A DNA stretch of 63,056 nucleotides, the filler included, from Thelocarpon superellum (Eukaryota), in assembly GCA_026025795.1 (NCBI GenBank). It is 7 parts of 7 records of this genome, joined end to end, with 100 filler letters (N's around TTAATTAATTAA, not from the genome) between each part and the next. Parts side by side here need not be neighbours in the genome. Positions count along the whole stretch, not along the records: positions 54,158 to 63,056 come from JAPEUG010000588.1; 6 more parts are not named here. One strand, written 5' to 3'. The position numbers were made by a program, and so were the translations under genes. This document shows positions 61,901 to 63,056 of the stretch, in pieces (positions within the stretch are counted from its first letter, which is position 1; each line of letters opens with the position of its first letter). Below the pieces are notes generated by a model. It saw only the letters and a list, made by a program, of their open reading frames with translations, did no database searches and was not told the origin of the DNA.

Positions 61901-63056
61901 GGCGGATTGGTAGCACTACCATGCGGACCATACAGGCCATGCAGACCGTGCGAAGGCTTCATCTGTAGCTTGCTCCCTGTTCGTCTCGTACCATACCAGG
62001 GACTTGTCTGTATCGCGCGCACCTGGCACCGCTCCCCGGTCCAATACTCCGAGAGTGCATACTCTCCCGGACATGGGTGAGATGATCGCTTACCAGCCTT
62101 CCCTCGTCCACGCATGCCGCCGGGCATCGCTCGAGCGGTCGTGTAACCGGCACATCAAAAGTGTCCTTGCACGACCGACACATCCGGCATATGCACAAGT
62201 GCAAGTACGAAGCACGGCGCCTGCGAGGCACAGACATACATATGCGTTGTGGTAAGTGAGAGTGCAATGCACCTCTCAACGTCGACAATCCGCTCGCTTC
62301 CGTCTTGCGCCGTACGACCATGCAACGAGCCTAGTTAGGTCCAAGGCTCGCCGTCGCGGCCCTGACCCACCCGGATCTCCACCGGGGTTGGTGGATGTCC
62401 TGCTGCTGCAGGGGCCGTCAAGACCAGGTATGCCCGCCAACGTATCTTTTGCCAGTAGCACATGCATCATCCTCATCTCCCCCATCAGACGCATCCAAGT
62501 GTGAAGTATTCGTCCGAGCGGGCAGCACTTTCAACGCCTAGCTGGGATGAGGGAGGTACGGGACATATTGGCTCCGAGGCACGGCGTGTCGCCTGGTCGG
62601 GAATGGTCGAAGGAGCGCTCCGGGAGGTTTCACCGCCTCCCCTCCCATCCACCTACTCGTCTCTTGCTCGCGCGCCCCCAGCCGAGCTGGACGGAGCCGA
62701 AGTGGTCGCGAGACACCCAAGGCCTAAACGAGAGCCACGCCGGGCCCTAACGGGACGAGCCGTAGGGCACCAGCTGGCGAGGGACGAGCACGACGGTAGG
62801 GGGATAGATACCCGTCCGTCATCCCTGGTCCACCTGGTCAAGCTACCCCCCCAAGACGTCGTCTGTTCCCCCTGGCAGCCTTCCGAGATGCCCAGGCGCC
62901 GTCGACGCCCACATCAACCCAAGCGACCTCTTGGCCCACGCAATACCCAGGCGCCAAGGCGGTCCTGGTTGACATGTTTGCTCTGCCTGTCCGAGGCCTC
63001 GTACCCCGTGCCTGGTGCCTGGCCGGGCCGCGCGGCGGTCCTCTCTGACCCAGCCA

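Noticed and set aside
59000..63056. ORFs of 100-374 aa upstream of TSC1
   Set aside because: Arg/Pro/Ser-rich random-like translations overlap on both strands without coherent splice structure; treated as intergenic, although a diverged gene cannot be excluded.

Overview
This is GC-rich, intron-rich fungal nuclear DNA of filamentous ascomycete (Pezizomycotina) type; introns are mostly 45-75 nt with GT/CTRAC/YAG signals. The window is not one locus. It is seven contigs of steadily decreasing length (8959, 8950, 8925, 8913, 8906, 8904, 8899 nt) joined by artificial N44-TTAATTAATTAA-N44 spacers, so synteny holds only within a segment. Most genes are conserved housekeeping genes: SEC28/COPE, PSD2, DSN1, TAF2, SAS4, NPT1, SSO syntaxin, SYM1, eIF4E, a 2OG-Fe(II) oxygenase, FHL1, DRN1/CWF19L1, ISC1, SWD3, MED21, ETFA, RSC8, RRN5, MRP20 and TSC1. 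There are also three secreted or surface proteins. The standout is a structurally intact tRNA-Lys(CTT) gene (16743-16866, minus strand) with a Pol III terminator. Its D-loop is interrupted by a 50-nt intron with typical U2 spliceosomal signals (GTAAGA...GCTGAC...CAG), not a tRNA-endonuclease intron at position 37/38. All gene names come from recognising protein motifs by eye; no database searches were run.
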